Below are positions 17,419 to 31,070 of a DNA stretch of 45,432 nucleotides, piece after piece. This DNA is from Rhizaria sp. SCN 62-66 (Eukaryota). Below the pieces are notes generated by a model. It was not told where the DNA came from. It saw nothing but the letters and a program-made list of their open reading frames with translations, and searched no databases. The translations under genes and the position numbers were made by a program. The stretch's first letter is position 1; the number at the start of each line of letters is the position of its first letter. The stretch is from positions 1-45,432 of the forward strand of contig MEDY01000247.1 in the NCBI GenBank assembly GCA_001724265.1. The letters are read 5' to 3'.

Positions 17419-20106
17419 TCACCGGTGGCGCTTCTTCTTGTCCATCCATGGCAGCTTGGGCCTGGCGGCCTTGCCGTCGCGACCCTTGCCGCCGCGGCCG
17501 CCCTTGCCGCCGACAGCCGCGAGCAGGTCGGCCTCGAGCCCGCCGCGCGTCTCAGCCACGATCTCGCTGGGGAAGCCCTCGACGTCCTCCAGTCGGTGCA
17601 GCGGCGCGCCCTCCAACACCTCGGCCAGGATCCCGCCCGCGCGGCGCACCGGCGCGGCGCCCGCACTCGCGCCCTGCTTTGCCTGGCTCTGGCTCTGGTT
17701 CTGGCTCCGGCTCTGAGCAGAGCCACCTGGCTGCTGCTTGTGCTGCTGCCTATGTGCCTGGAGTTGGAGGCGGTGCGCCTCAGCCTCATGAACCGCGCGC
17801 TCGTGGAGCCTGCGCGTGTTATTCGCGCGGTCAGTCTCCTGGAGCAGCGCGAGGATGTCGTCCGCGACCTCACTGTCGCTCACCTCGGGCTCGAACTCGC
17901 TCTCTTTGTTGGGCTTCGCAGCGCCCGCGCCAGCGCCTGCGCCAGCCTCGTCAGCAGGAGCGCCGTCGGGGGCGCCGCCCATGGAGGCCGCGATCTCGTC
18001 CTGCAGCGACAGGCGCACCGACAGCGGCAGCTCGGGCATGTCCAGCAGGTCGTCGTCATCCAGCGCGCCCTCGCCGCGCGCCGCGGGGGCCGCCTCGGAG
18101 CCCGCGTCCGCGCCGCCCACGCTCACATAGCGCAGGATCGCCATCAGTAGCGCCGGCGTCAGCGGCTCCTGGCCCAGCGCCGCTACGCACGCCAGCACCT
18201 TGCGCTGTGCGCGCGCGCCCGTGCGCACTTCGCCAGGCGCGCCAGCCCCAGCGCTCTTCGCGTCGCCGTAGCCGGCGGCGGCGCTGGCCTTAGAGGCATT
18301 GAGCGCGGCGTGCGCGGCGGCGGAGCGCGCAGTGTCATCTTCCGCAGCGGCGAGGACCTCGGCGGGCGCGGCGCCCTCGGCGCGGGCCTGCTGCAGTCCC
18401 TGGCGCTCCCGGTCGCGGGTGTCGTTCATCTGCCCGGCCATATCGTCCCACATCTTGGCGAGTCGCGCCAGCGCCGCAGCGTTGGCGTCCGGGTACGTCA
18501 GCAGCAGGTCCGCGTCCGCAGGCAGCGTCAGCGGGTTCGGCTTGCCCGCAAACAGCGCGCGCAGCTCCGCCCAGGCCTCTTCGCCCGCGGCAGACTCGGC
18601 AGAGCCCGCAGCAGCGGCCTCGGCGCCCGCGCGGCCCCGCGCCGCGCGCGCGGCCTGCTCCGCCCGCTCTGCGCGCGTGCGGCGGGCAGCCTCGGCCGCG
18701 GGCGACGCGTCGGGCTGGTTGTGCGCGGGCCGGCCCGTGTGTTCGGTCACCAGCTCCTCGTTGCCGCGTGCGGCCTCAGCCTCCGCAGCCGCCGCGGCCG
18801 CAGTCTCGTTCGCGCTCAGTGCGCTCGTGTTAGAGAAGACGCGTGAGTAGAACTCCTCCGCGCTCACCACGTGGCTGCCGACGCCGCGGCCGCCGCTGCT
18901 GTTGCTGTACGAGCGGAGCTCGGCGCTGGCCTCGGCGCGGGCGCTGCGCGCGAGCGAGCTGTCGTCGCGCGCGGCCGCGGCCACGGCGCGCTCCATCGCG
19001 GGCTCCGCGGCCTGCGCTTGCGCGCGCAGCGTCGCTACGTCGGCCGCGGATGCGGGGCCCAGTATGCGCGGCAGCGGCGCGCCGGCGCTGGCCAGCCCGC
19101 TGAGGTCCTCGCCCGCGGCAGCCGTCGCCGAGGCGGCCGCGGCGTTTGTGCTGGCGCGGGGGCGCGCGCGCGAGCTGTCGACCATGGTCATGGACACGGC
19201 CGAGGCGGGGGAGCCGGCGCGGGAGAGCGCGCGGCGCGCGGCGAGCGCGGCGGCGACGGCCTCGTCGTCCTCCATGAAGGTCGCAAACGCAAACTGGGGG
19301 TCGTAGATGTAGCGCGCGACGAGCGACTTATTCCGCAACTCGGGGTGCAGGCAGTCGTAGGTGACGATGAGCGTGCGCTCGCGGTCCGCGGCGGGCACGG
19401 CCATGTCCTCACGGTGGTCCTCGTACACGCGTGCGGTCACTACAGCTGTGCCGCGGATGTTCTCCAGCTCCACAGCGTCGCCAAGCTTGGGCGCGAAGGG
19501 AAACAAGATGTTGATGGCCTGCTCGGGCGTCTTGGCCAGCGCCGGCGCCTCGGCCGTGAGCGTGCTGAATAGGAACGCGCGCACGTGCGTCATGTCGCGC
19601 AACAGCCCGCGCTCAAGCGCGACGCGCACGCGTTGGTCCATGATGCGCAGCAGCGGCTCGCGCATTATGTGCGGAAAGACGAGCGCGCCGCGCGCGTCCT
19701 CGGCCTGCAGGATCTGGTTCACGACGTCGAGCAGGCGCCGAACGATCTGCTCGAACACCTCGGGAGAGACCTCAACCTGCTCATCCGCTCCAGAAGCGGC
19801 CACAGGCGCCGAGGAAAAGGCGCGCACGGGCGCCGGCAGCGCGCCGGACAAGGCCAGGACCAGCGGCGCGGTGGCGGAGAGCGGGGGCTGCGCGAAGAGA
19901 GACGAGCGTGGGCGTGGCACGGCGAGACGGCCGCGGAAGGTCGGACCAGAGAGCGACACAACGCCGCGGGTAGGGCGCGTATTTGACAAAGGAGAGCACA
20001 AGGTGGACGAGTTGGAAGCGTTCGCAACCCGAACAGCAAGCGCGGGCGGCGCTGCGCTCCTGAGAAGCTGGCGTGTTGCAGTCACGACGAGACGCCCTCG
20101 CAACAT
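17419..20106 (-). CDS. Hypothetical protein, ~895 aa, probable mitochondrial presequence
   Basis: Long ORF with the codon bias of the neighbouring genes. The N-terminus is Arg/Ser/Leu-rich and lacks acidic residues (MLRGRLVVTATRQLLRS...PVRAFSS). A globular-looking segment of ~170 aa follows, then Ala-rich sequence. No family recognised. Stop TGA. Confidence 0.7.
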   Translation of the reverse strand: MLRGRLVVTATRQLLRSAAPPALAVRVANASNSSTLCSPLSNTRPTRGVVSLSGPTFRGRLAVPRPRSSLFAQPPLSATAPLVLALSGALPAPVRAFSSAPVAASGADEQVEVSPEVFEQIVRRLLDVVNQILQAEDARGALVFPHIMREPLLRIMDQRVRVALERGLLRDMTHVRAFLFSTLTAEAPALAKTPEQAINILFPFAPKLGDAVELENIRGTAVVTARVYEDHREDMAVPAADRERTLIVTYDCLHPELRNKSLVARYIYDPQFAFATFMEDDEAVAAALAARRALSRAGSPASAVSMTMVDSSRARPRASTNAAAASATAAAGEDLSGLASAGAPLPRILGPASAADVATLRAQAQAAEPAMERAVAAAARDDSSLARSARAEASAELRSYSNSSGGRGVGSHVVSAEEFYSRVFSNTSALSANETAAAAAAEAEAARGNEELVTEHTGRPAHNQPDASPAAEAARRTRAERAEQAARAARGRAGAEAAAAGSAESAAGEEAWAELRALFAGKPNPLTLPADADLLLTYPDANAAALARLAKMWDDMAGQMNDTRDRERQGLQQARAEGAAPAEVLAAAEDDTARSAAAHAALNASKASAAAGYGDAKSAGAGAPGEVRTGARAQRKVLACVAALGQEPLTPALLMAILRYVSVGGADAGSEAAPAARGEGALDDDDLLDMPELPLSVRLSLQDEIAASMGGAPDGAPADEAGAGAGAGAAKPNKESEFEPEVSDSEVADDILALLQETDRANNTRRLHERAVHEAEAHRLQLQAHRQQHKQQPGGSAQSRSQNQSQSQAKQGASAGAAPVRRAGGILAEVLEGAPLHRLEDVEGFPSEIVAETRGGLEADLLAAVGGKGGRGGKGRDGKAARPKLPWMDKKKRHR

Positions 20107-20626
20107 GTCTGAGATGTATGGCAAAACGGAAAAGGCAGGGAGTGTTAAAAGAATTTTAAAGATAAAACTCACAATAAAGTCAGGATGTACCATCAAATGT
20201 TCTATTGACGACTTTATTTAAGCGCTGCTTGCGTTAAAAAGTTGACACTTCTTGGCTCGCCACGAGCCTCGAAATTTTATGTTCTGCCAAGTCGACACGA
20301 GGCTGTGCACAAATTGAGATTGCCAGCGTTTATGTCTCGACTATGAGAGGTGTAATCTTGCTTGTACTTTATAAACTATAGCTAGCTATTAGGAATTTTA
20401 ATTCAAACCTAGATTGACGTTTAATAACTCGAAATATCTTAGACTTTTTGACCAAGTTCAAGTCTCACACCTGTGCATCATGCCTCTTCATTTTTCCGCA
20501 CTCAACACAGCTTTTTATTTTCTAGGCATTAAAAAGAGTACAGGACAATTGAAATCAAATTGACCATCTAGCGAGCGCAGTCGATCCCGCAATCTTCAAC
20601 TCTGCGCCTTGCTGCGCCTCTCTGAA

Positions 20627-23600
20627 ATGTCATCCATCTCGCCCACTTCGGGCCCCAGCCCGCTCGGCTCTGGTTCCGGCGGTGGCGGCGGCTCCGGTGG
20701 CGGCGCGGCAACTGCTGTGTCCACGGGCGATCACCACGCTGTGCGCGTGAGCCCTGTCTCCGGTCCTGGCCACGGCCCGGGCGTGTCGGTCTCTCTGCCG
20801 GCCTCGCGCGTCGGCGCGCCCCAAGGCGTGCCCTCGCAGGCCTCGCCCGCGCCCGCGCCCCTGTCCCCGCTCGGCTCGGGCTCGGGCACGGTGGGCTCCG
20901 GCGGGCTGCAGCTGCCCAGCTACGCGCACCTGTTGGCGCCGCCGGCGGCGCTCTCGGGCGCGCTCTCTGGCCCCAGCTCGCGCCCCGACTCTTCCGCCGG
21001 CAACTCTGGCGCGGGCTCCGTCGCGCCGTCGCCGTCCTCCGGCTCGGCCCACACCACGGCCACCTTCCATCACTTCTCGCACACCGCGCCCGTCGCGGTA
21101 GATTCCAGCACAGGCGCGGATGCCAACGCCCTTGCCACGGGCCCCGGCAGCGGGCTCCCGGTCGCTCTGCCGTCCGTAGGGCCTGCCGCGCTGGCGCTCG
21201 CCGCTGCCGAGTCTGCGGCCGCGGCGGGCGCGCTGGCCCCGCTGGACACGGACTCCGCGGTGGGCTCGCCCGCGGCGGGGCCCGTGTGGACGCCGCTGTC
21301 GCGCATCGAGCCCTGGGGCCCGGGCACTGCGCACGGTCACGGCCACGGCCACGGCAGCAACGACAAGCCAGCTCTGTCGCCCCACCACAGCGACGGCGAC
21401 GCCGCTGCCGCTGCTGCCGAAGCCGCGGCCGCCGCCGCTGCTGCCACTGCTCCTTCTTCTGCTGCTGCTGGCTATGCCGCTGACGACGAGAGCGGCAGCG
21501 AGGGCAGAGCGGCGCTGCTGCTGCCCACCGCGCTGCTGCTAGCGGCGCCCGCGCTGGCCGCACTGCAGCCGCGCCCGCTGGGCACGCGTGTGCGCTCTGG
21601 GCGCGGCGCGCGGCCCGCATTCGCGTCCAACACGGTGGACCTGGGCCGGCTGGGCGCCTCCACCGACGCGGGCGCGGGCGCGGGCGCGGGCGCGGGGCTG
21701 GCCGAGGAGGGCTTGTCCGGCGTCGCCAGCGGAGGCGTCCCCAGCGGCGGCGACGCCTCTGGCGTCTACGGGGCGGCTGCGAGCAGCGCGGTGACCGTCG
21801 TCGCCGCCGCCGCGGCTGCTGCTGCGGCTGCGTCGGGCGCGGCGTCGCCGCGGCACGCGAGCGCGGGCCCCGATCACATCCGGCAGGCGAGCGCACTGCG
21901 CGCGCGGCCGCTGGCGCTCAACAACAGCACCGGCGACGGCGACGTCTACGACGACGACGATGACGACGACGATAACGGCGACGGCGACGGCGATGACGAC
22001 GCAGGTGGCGACAACGGCGACGGCGACGACGCCGCGCCCGACGCCGAGCGCAGCGGCAGCCGCGGCAGCAGCGACAGCGACAGCGACAATGGCGTGGACA
22101 ACAATGTGAACGACAAGAATGACAATCCTAAATTTGGTCCTACTGCGACGGCAGACTCTGTCCCGGCCGGCGGCAGCAGCAGTAGTAGCAGCAGCAGCGC
22201 CAAGGCCGAGGGTGAGCGCGAGGGCAAGGCGCCCAGCCCCGCGCTCGTCTCCGCGTTCGCGCACAGCTACGACAACAGCCACGGGCCCAGCGGACTCGCG
22301 CTGGCGCTCGGCCACGCGGGCCCGGGCCGCAGCCGCGGGCGCGGGCTCAGCCACGGCGGCGGCCTCAACCTCGCCACTAGCGCCAGCGCAATCACCGCGA
22401 GCAGCAGCAGCAACAGCAAGAACGCCGACGGCGGTGGCGGTGAGAACGCCGCAGGCACAAGTCTGCTTGCGACTGACCCCGCCGCGTCGGGCCTGTCGTT
22501 TGCTTCCGCGGCCTCAGCACTGTCTGCGGCCTCCGCGGCCACCGCGCGGAGCGCCGACGACGGCGGCAGCGGCCTGGGCGACCTGGGCGGCGCGGCGGGC
22601 CTGGGCTTGGGCGCGGGCTCGGTGCCGATGGCGTCTGCGCTGCTGTCGGCGGACCTGGGAGTCGGGCTGGCGACGCCGCTGGGCGCGTTCGGCTCCGCCG
22701 CGGGCGGGCACTACATGCACCTGGGGCTGGGGCTGGGCGTGGGCGCGGGCGGCGCGTCGCTGCTGATGATGGGCCACGACCAAGACCACGATTTCGACAA
22801 CGAGCATGACCGCGAGCACGAGCACGCCGCCGCCGCGGCCGTGGGCACGGGCGGCGACGGAGCGCTGCTGCACACGAGCGCGCCCAGCAGCTTCATCTCC
22901 TCCTCCTCAGGCACCAACCACAGCGCCAGCCACAGCCTCATGGGCGGCAGCGTCGCCGCGGCGCGCACGCCCGCGGGTGGGGCTGGCGCCGGCGGCGGCA
23001 GCGGGGGCAGCGGCGGCAGCGCCGGGTCCTCTTTCCCCCCCGCATTGGCCTCAATCGACTCGCACACTGGTCACGGCCACGGCCACGGCCACGGCCACGG
23101 CCACGGACATCCCCACGGTCACGGCCAGGGTCACGGCGGCCAGACGCGTGGGCCGGCCTCGCTGACCTTCTCCGTCGCCTCTGTGACCTCCGCAGCCTCC
23201 GCGCCCGCTGCGGCCGTCTCCACAGACGACGTTGCGGCCACTTCTGTCGCCGCTGGCGCCGTCTCCGGCGCGTCGCATGCGCCCGCGCCGCCCGCGGGCC
23301 TGGGCTCGGCGCTGGGCCTGTCGCGCTCCTTTCTGGCCACCCCGGCGTCCTCGCATCCCGCGGGCGGCCCCGGCGCGGGCGCTGGCTCTGCCGGGGGCTC
23401 CGGCACTAGCGCTGCCGCGGTTGCGGGCATGGCGCTTTCGCGCAGCGGTCTGGGGCTCCCGCGCGGCAGCGGCGGCGGCCGCAACGGCGGCCGGGGCGCC
23501 GGGCACCGCGCGAACCCCAGCATCGACTCCAACTCGGGCTCCGGCGCCGGGTCCAAGGCCGCCTCGGCTGCCGGCGCGGGCGCGGGCGCGGCCAGAAAGG

Positions 23601-26600
23601 GCGCCAGGGACCAGCGCGGCTCGGTCAGCGCTGGCAAGACTGCCGCGGGCGCTGTTGCAGCGCCGGGCAGCGACGACGATCACCACTCCGACGGCAGCGG
23701 CGGCCACGACGGCGACGGCGCGGGCGCGGGCACGGGCGACGCTGACACGGTCGCAGCGGCGCTGGCCGCCGTGGCTGCCGCGACGCGCAACGAGGGCTAC
23801 GCGCACACTGAGACGGGGGACTCTGACGGCGACGCTGACGGCGATGACGGCCACAGCCACGACAACGGTCACGGCCACGGCGACAGCGTCAGAGGCAGCG
23901 GCGCGCTCGACGTGACTGAGGCCGACGTGACCGCTGACACTGACGCGAACGTTGCGGTCCACGCCGCCGCCGCAGCCGCTGAGGCCGGCGCCCCCACTCA
24001 CTCGAGCGGCCCCGGTGGCGATGACGGCGACGGCGACTTGGACACGACTGTGTTCACACAGGCCGACGCTGACGCCGACGCAGACACAGCCCGCAGCGCG
24101 GCCGGCACGGGCGCGGGGGCGCGATCCCGCCTGGGCTCAGTGTCGGCCGAGGTTGAGGCTGAGATTGAGGCCGCTGCGGCGGCGGTGGTGGCGGTTGACG
24201 ACGCCGCGTCGCCGCTGCCGCTGGCGGACCTGCCCGAGCCTAAGGGACAACACGCGTACGCGCACGCCCAGGCGCAAGTGCACGCACAGGCACAAGCAGA
24301 GGCTGACGGGGACTCGCTGTTCGACGCGGCTTCGCTGGCCGTGGACGGCGGCCGCGGCGTTGACGGTGACGGCGACGTGCTGGGCGATGGGGCTGACGGC
24401 GCTAACGTTGGTGGCGCGCGTTCGTCTTCGTCGTCTTTCATCTCTGCACGGTCTGCTCGCTCTTCGCGGTCCGTCAAGTCGGTCAAGTCGGTCCGGTCTC
24501 AGCACGGCTCCGGCCACGCCGCTCATAACCTCGCGCTGGGCCACGGCCACGGCTACGGCCACGCGGCCGGCCACGGCGCGCGCATGCCGCTGCCGCCGTC
24601 GCTGCCGCACCCGCTGGCGACCACGGGCGTGGTAATCGCGCCCGCCACAGCTGCTGCTGCCACTGGCGCCGCGCTGCCGCCGCACCCGCACCTCTCGGCG
24701 CACGGCTACAGCCTCGGCCACGGGGGGCTGCCTGCGGGGATGCGCGCGGTCGTCACGTCAAGCGCCCCGTCCGGCGCGCCTGCGGGTCCGCTGTCCGCTC
24801 CGGGTCCTGCGTCCGCCGCTTCGGTCGCAGCTGCAGCTGCCGCGGCTGCCGCCGTTGCAGGCGTTCCCGCGCCGTCGCCGTCGCCATCCAGCCTGTCAGC
24901 GCACAGCGCGCCGCACTCGGCCGCGATGGCCGCCGCGCCTTCGCTGCCCGCAGCGGGCGAGGCCGACGCCAGCGGCGTGACTGTGCCCGCGCTGGCCTCG
25001 CCCGCGCCGCCGCCGTCAGAGTCAGCCGCACTGTTTTCGCCTCTTTCTGCGCTTACGGCTGCCGGTGGTGCCTCCAGCGCCGCAGTTGCCGCTGCTGGTA
25101 TTGAGACTGAGCCGGAGCTGGAGTCCGCGACTGGCACTGGCACCGGCACGGGCGCCAGTGCGGAGGCCGGTGCTCAAACTGAGCCTGAGCCCGAGATTGA
25201 GGTGACTGTCATCGGTGCGGACGTGGAGGACGGTGACGGCTTGCCGCCGCCGCTCGAGCCGCTTACGCCCACCACACACTCCGTGGCAGGGACGCCACTC
25301 GAGGTGGCCGCGGCTGTGGCCGCTGCGGCTGACGCGCCTCGGCGGTCGCCTGCGACGGCGTTGCTCCCCCTTTCGCCCGAGAGAACGGCCGCGACGCCGA
25401 TGCTGTCGACGCGCGGGACGCCGCTGGCGACCACTGGGGGCCTGCGGCGCTCAGCGACTGGCATGAGCCAGCCCCCGGGCAGCAGGACCGACGACGGCCC
25501 TGGCGACGACGCCGACAACGACGAGGCTGACAACGACGGCGACGACGGCGACGACGGTCGCGGCAGAGACTCAGGCCATGACACTGTTGTCAAGGGCACA
25601 AACAAGAGCAAGAACCACAGCAAGTCCGACAGGAATATCGGCGGTCATGGTGACGGCGACGACGACAGCGACGCCGGCCCATCCACGCCTCCACGCGCGC
25701 TGCGCTCTGGTGCGGATAGCAACGGCGACAGCGCCAGACCGAGCCCCAGACCCAGTCCCGGCCACTACGGCGCGGGGGGTTCGCGCCCGGCTCAGAGCCC
25801 CGGCGCGAGTCACCACCATGGCCACGGGCATCACCACGGGCACGGACACGGACACCACAAGCTGTCCAAGAGCGCCAAGAAGCGCGCCGCCCGCGCCCGC
25901 GCGCGTGAGCGCAAGATTGGGCCCGGGCCGCAGCTGCGCGCCGGCGCCGGCGACGGCGGCGCTAGCGACGGTGAGGAGGATGCTGACGCTGATGCCATGG
26001 GTGCCGGTGCGGCCCCGTCGTCGCTGCTCGAGCTGCCGGGGCTGCATATTGAGGTCGGCGGGCTTTCATTCGGTGCAAAGGCTGCGCGCCGCGCTGCTGC
26101 TGCTGCTGCTGCTCCCGATGCTGCCGATGCTGCTCCTGGCGCGACTACAGAGGCGACCACGGCTACCACGTCAACGTCTGCTATGGGCACTGAAGGCACT
26201 CATGAGGAGCCAAACGAGAACGAGACCCTGACCCAGAGCAAGAATCAGGATCAGGCCACGGCTGAGGCTGGCGCTGACGCTGCCGCCGCAACCGAGGTCG
26301 GTGCTAGCGCGCCCGCGACGCCGTTGAACTCTAGAGCGACTGCGGCCGCCGCTGGCGCTGCCGGCGCTGGGGGCGCTGCGGCCGCGGGCTCGCAAACGCC
26401 AGGCATGCAGAGCCCCGTGGTGGTGAACGCGGGCCGCTTCTTTGTGACCGTGGTCACGGACCCCGCGACGCCTGCGCAGCGCCGCGGTGCGGGGGCCCCC
26501 TCTGGTGGCGCTGGCGCGGGCTCTGGCGCGAGACTCAGACTATTGAGCGCCACAGCTGCTGATGTCGATCCCGAAGCAACTGCTGACGCAGGCGCTGGGG

Positions 26601-29600
26601 CGGAGACTGATGCCAGAGCTGAGGCTGAGGGGGCGGAGAACAAGATTGAGAGTGGCAATGAGGATGCTGACGCTGATGCGTCAGTGCTGAAGGCGGAGCA
26701 CACTGCAGTTGCCGAGCCTGGAGTCAAGAGAGAGTCAGATTTGTCCGCTGCAGCAGCTGGTGCTGCTGCTGGTGCTGCTGTGGGGGCGTCGACAAGGACG
26801 CCGACGACGGCAGCCAAGACGGCAGCCAAGACCGAGGGCCGCTTCTCGACCGAGGAGCTTCCCGAAGATGAGGTCGATGATGGTAACGGCAGAAACAGAG
26901 TCGTTGCTACACTGGCGCCAACGCTTGCCGCGGCTGACAGCGTATCGCCTCGCACCGCCGCGACCGCGACTGCGAGCGCTATTGCAACGGGAGCTTTAGA
27001 GCGCGCTGCCGGGAGTAATAGTGGCGCGGGCATTGAGCCAGATACGGGAGCCGGAACTGAGCCCCCTTTGCTCGCGCCCGCGCCGCCGCTCTCTGTTTCT
27101 CGCCCCGCGTCGGCTTCCGCCTCCGTCTCGGCGGCAGTATCCGTGCATCATGAGCCACTTGCAGCTGCTCCTGGCGCTGTCGCGCCCAGTGGTGGTGACG
27201 AGCGCACCCGTCCGCCCATGAAGCGCCAGGAGAGCTCCGGCAGTGCCGCTGATCCCCAGGGGACTGGCGACCACGACGGTGGCAGCCGCAGCGGCAACGG
27301 CGGCGACGGTGAGGGCGAGTTGGGTGCAGAAGTCACGCGCGAGCTGGTGCTTAACACGCGCACCAAGCTCTCGGTCAAGCTGCTCGATCTGGCATCGCCC
27401 GATGCCCCGACAGCTGCCACAGAGGACCAGCCGCTCTCGGCCGCGACGCTGCCGCCTTCGGGCAACGCGACTTATGACGCTACCGCGCAGCAGCAGCAGC
27501 AGCAGCCGCGCGCGGCGCCCGCACCCGCGCCGTCGGCACCCGTGCCCACACCCACGAACGCGGGCGCGGCGGCCGCAGCTGCCGCTGCAGCGCTGGCCGC
27601 CGCAGCTGTGGGCCCGAGCGGGCAGCCATTGTTCCCCACGGCGGCGACCGCGGCAGCGGCAGCGGTTCGGCTGCGCGCGACGTCGCTTAACGACGAGGCG
27701 CTGGAGCTGGCTGCGGCCGCCTCGGCTGACGCGGGCGCGCACTACACGCCTGCCGCGCCGGCGCAGCCGCTGCTGACGTCTGCGCGCGGCGCAGGCGTGC
27801 CGATCCCGCTGCCCGGCCACGTGCACCCGCAGCCGCAGATGCTGGCGCAGACGCAGATGGCTGCGCCGGCGCCGCTGGCGGCCGGCGCCGGAGCGCCTCA
27901 GCCCGCCACTGCGCTGTTGGCGGCCGCGTCTTCGTCGGCTTCAGGCGTTGGCGGTGCCCCCCAACCGCTGCACCAACAGGCGACGGGCGCTGCGCCATTG
28001 GCGGCTGTAGCTGGCGGCGCCCGCTGGCCTGCGGGTGACACTGTTTCGCAAGAGTCTCTCTCGCCCTCGAACGCGCGCGCCGCCGCGGCGCTGGCGTTGG
28101 GCGCTGTGCCGCCACTGCAGTCTTTGCCTGCTGCCGCCGGCGGCGCCACCGCGCCAGGTGGTAACGCGGCGCTTCGCACTCCGCGCTTGACTTCGCAGAT
28201 GTCGCACACTTCGGAGGCGCCTTTGTCGGCCGCCGCTGTCGCTGCGGCCGCCGCGGGCGTCACAGGCTTAACGCCTCAGCAGAATATGCGCTCGCTCCAG
28301 ACGGGACAGCAGTTGCAGCCGCTCCCACAGGCCGCAGCACAAGTGAAGCCCCAGCCGGGACTTCAGCCGGGCCAGCAACCCGGGCAGCCGCAGCAGTTCC
28401 CGCCGCTGGCGCCCAGCAGCAGTGCTGTGCCGCCGCTGCGCGCGCCCTCACAGCCGCCCACGCTGACGGGCACGGCTGCGCGCCGCGCGCAGTACCAGTT
28501 GCAACAACAGCGCCAACAGCAGCAACAGCAACAGCAGCAGCCGCAGCAGCAGCCGCAACAACAACACCAGCCACAGCAGCCGCAGCAGCCACATCAGCAA
28601 CAACAATCACAGCAAGCCCAGGGCGCGTTGCCGTCGCCACAGTTGCAGCCGCAGCAGCAACAGCAACATCAGCAACCGCAAATGCAGCAACAGCCTCAGA
28701 TGCCGCAGCAGCAGCAGCAGCAGCAGCAACCGCTGCCGCCGCCGCAAGTGATTGTGCAGCAGCCCGCGCCAGTGGCGCGCTCACAGTACGACACGATGCA
28801 GCAACAGCAACAGCTGCAGATGCAGCAACAGCTTCAGCAGCAGCAACAGCTCCAACAGCAGCAGCAACAACTGCAGCAGCCGCCGCCGACGTTCGACGCA
28901 AACAACAGCGGCGCCGCTCCCGCTGCGAACATAAACGGCGCAGGCGGGTACGGCCAGCACCTGCACCCGTCGCTTGCGCCACCGGCGTCGCGGCCTCCGT
29001 CGCGCCCGCAGTCGCTGACGTTCATCATGACGCCCGCGGGGCCTGTCTTCAGCACGTCAGGCGCAGGCGGGATGAGCGCCGTGCCAGGCTACAGACCGAT
29101 GTCGCCCGCCGACCCGCACGCCGTGCCCGCCGTTGCTCAGCCCGTGCAGCCGCAGCCGCAGCATGGCGTGTTTGTGCAGCAGGGATTCGCTGCTGCGGGA
29201 CAGCAGCAGCCGCAGCAGCCGTCACAGTTCCAGCCGGGCCAGTTCCAGCCTGCTCCGCAGCAGCCGCCGTCACAGGCCACGTATGCCATGGCGTCCGCGC
29301 CCAGCGCGGGCCCCATGGTGCCGCCGTCGCCGCAGCACGCCGCGGCCGCGGGAGCTGGCTTCAGCGGCGCTAACATGGCCTCCGTGGCGAGCGCGCTGGG
29401 GTCGGATCACGACCCCCAAATGACTCTGCGGTTGGGCCGCACTGCGTCGTCGAGCGTGCTGCCCGCGCTGCCCTTCCCGCTCGCCCCCGCGTCGGGCTCG
29501 ATCCCGGGCTCCGTGCCGAGCTCAGGCCAAGTCCCCGCGCCCGGAACCGGCGCCACGACGGCCACCGGCTCTGTTGCCCCGTTCCCCTCGCTGTCTGGTT

Positions 29601-31039
29601 TCACCTCGCCGCAGCAGCCGCAGGCGTCGCAGCAGGCTGGCTACGGTTCGGGCGGGACGGGCCTGTTGCCGCCGCCGCCGCCGGGCGCGGTGCCGCTAGG
29701 TCTGCAGTCGCCGCTGCGGTCCGCACCCAGCTTCATGTCGCCGACGTCGTCGTACGCGCCTGTGTCGGCGCACTCGCACGCGCAGGCACAACAGGCTCAA
29801 CAGGCACAGGCGCTGAGCGCCGCGGGCCCCTTTGTGCCCGTGCAGCAGCAGCCGCAGCAGCCGGCCGGGCTGGGCGCGCCGCCGTCGACGCCGCCGCACC
29901 ACGGCTCTGCGTCTGCTGCTGCTGCGGCCTCCGCCGCCGGCTCTGCCGCGGGCGCGGGGCTGCGGTCCCCGTACTACGCCGAGGGCACGGGGGCAGACGC
30001 AGTTGCGCGGCTGCAGATTCGGCGCGAGCGCGAGGCGCTGGCGGCGGCGAGTGCGCCTGCGCTGTTGGCCGAGCTTTCAGCTCGCATGTCGCGCAACGAA
30101 GACGCCACACGCGCTGCAGCTTCCGCAGCCGAGGCTTCTGCCGCCGAAATTACGTCGCTGCGTGCGCGGTTGGCTGAGGCTCAAAATGCGTCTACGGGTG
30201 CGCGTGCTGAGGCCGCTGCAGCTACAGCGGCGCTGGCGCAGACGCGCAGCTTCATGCTGCTTGAGCTAGGTTCTGCTGACGCAGCGCGCGCCGCGGCTGA
30301 GGACTCTGCGCGCGCCGTTGCGCGCGTGGCATCCACACTGGCCGAGCAGGTGCTGTGGCTGGCGCGCCAGGCCACAGTTGCACAGGCTGCGGCCGCTGCT
30401 GCGGCGTCAGCGGGCGGCTGGGGCACCTCGCTGCCCCCCGGCGCCGTCGCGATCTCGAGTGAGCATGCCGCCCTGGCGGCGGCCGTCGCTGCTGGCGAGT
30501 GGGGCCGCGGCGCGCTGCCTGCGCTGCCTGCGCCGCCCACACAGACTCAGCTACAGCAACAGCAACATCAGCAACAGTTGCCACTGCAGCAGTACTTCCA
30601 GCCGCAGCAAACCCCGCAGCAGCAGCCTCAGCAGCCCACTTCGATGGTGCGCCGGCCACAGTCGGGCATGGGTCGGCCCGGCTTGGACGAGTCTGCGTCC
30701 GGCATTGCTCCGACCTCGGGCCTCGCACCTGTGTCCGCGCCCGCTCCGGTCGCAGGCCAGCCGGGCCAGCTGGGCCTGAGTCCGCTGTTTTCTTCGCCAC
30801 AGTCCGTCACGAACGCCAGCACGCAGCAACAACAACCGCCGCAGCAGTGGGGTCAGAATCAGCCCCAACAACAGTATCAGCAGCAGCAACAACCGCCGTC
30901 GCAGTGGTTGTCCGCGCCAGCCGTGTCGCCTGGGCAGCTTTCTGCTGCTGGCGACTCGTACAAGCCCACTAATGGCATGCCGACGAGCGGCGTGTTCTCA
31001 CCAGACGTCTTTGCAGCGGCGCAGCAACAACAACTGCAG

Positions 31040-31070
<31 letters not shown>

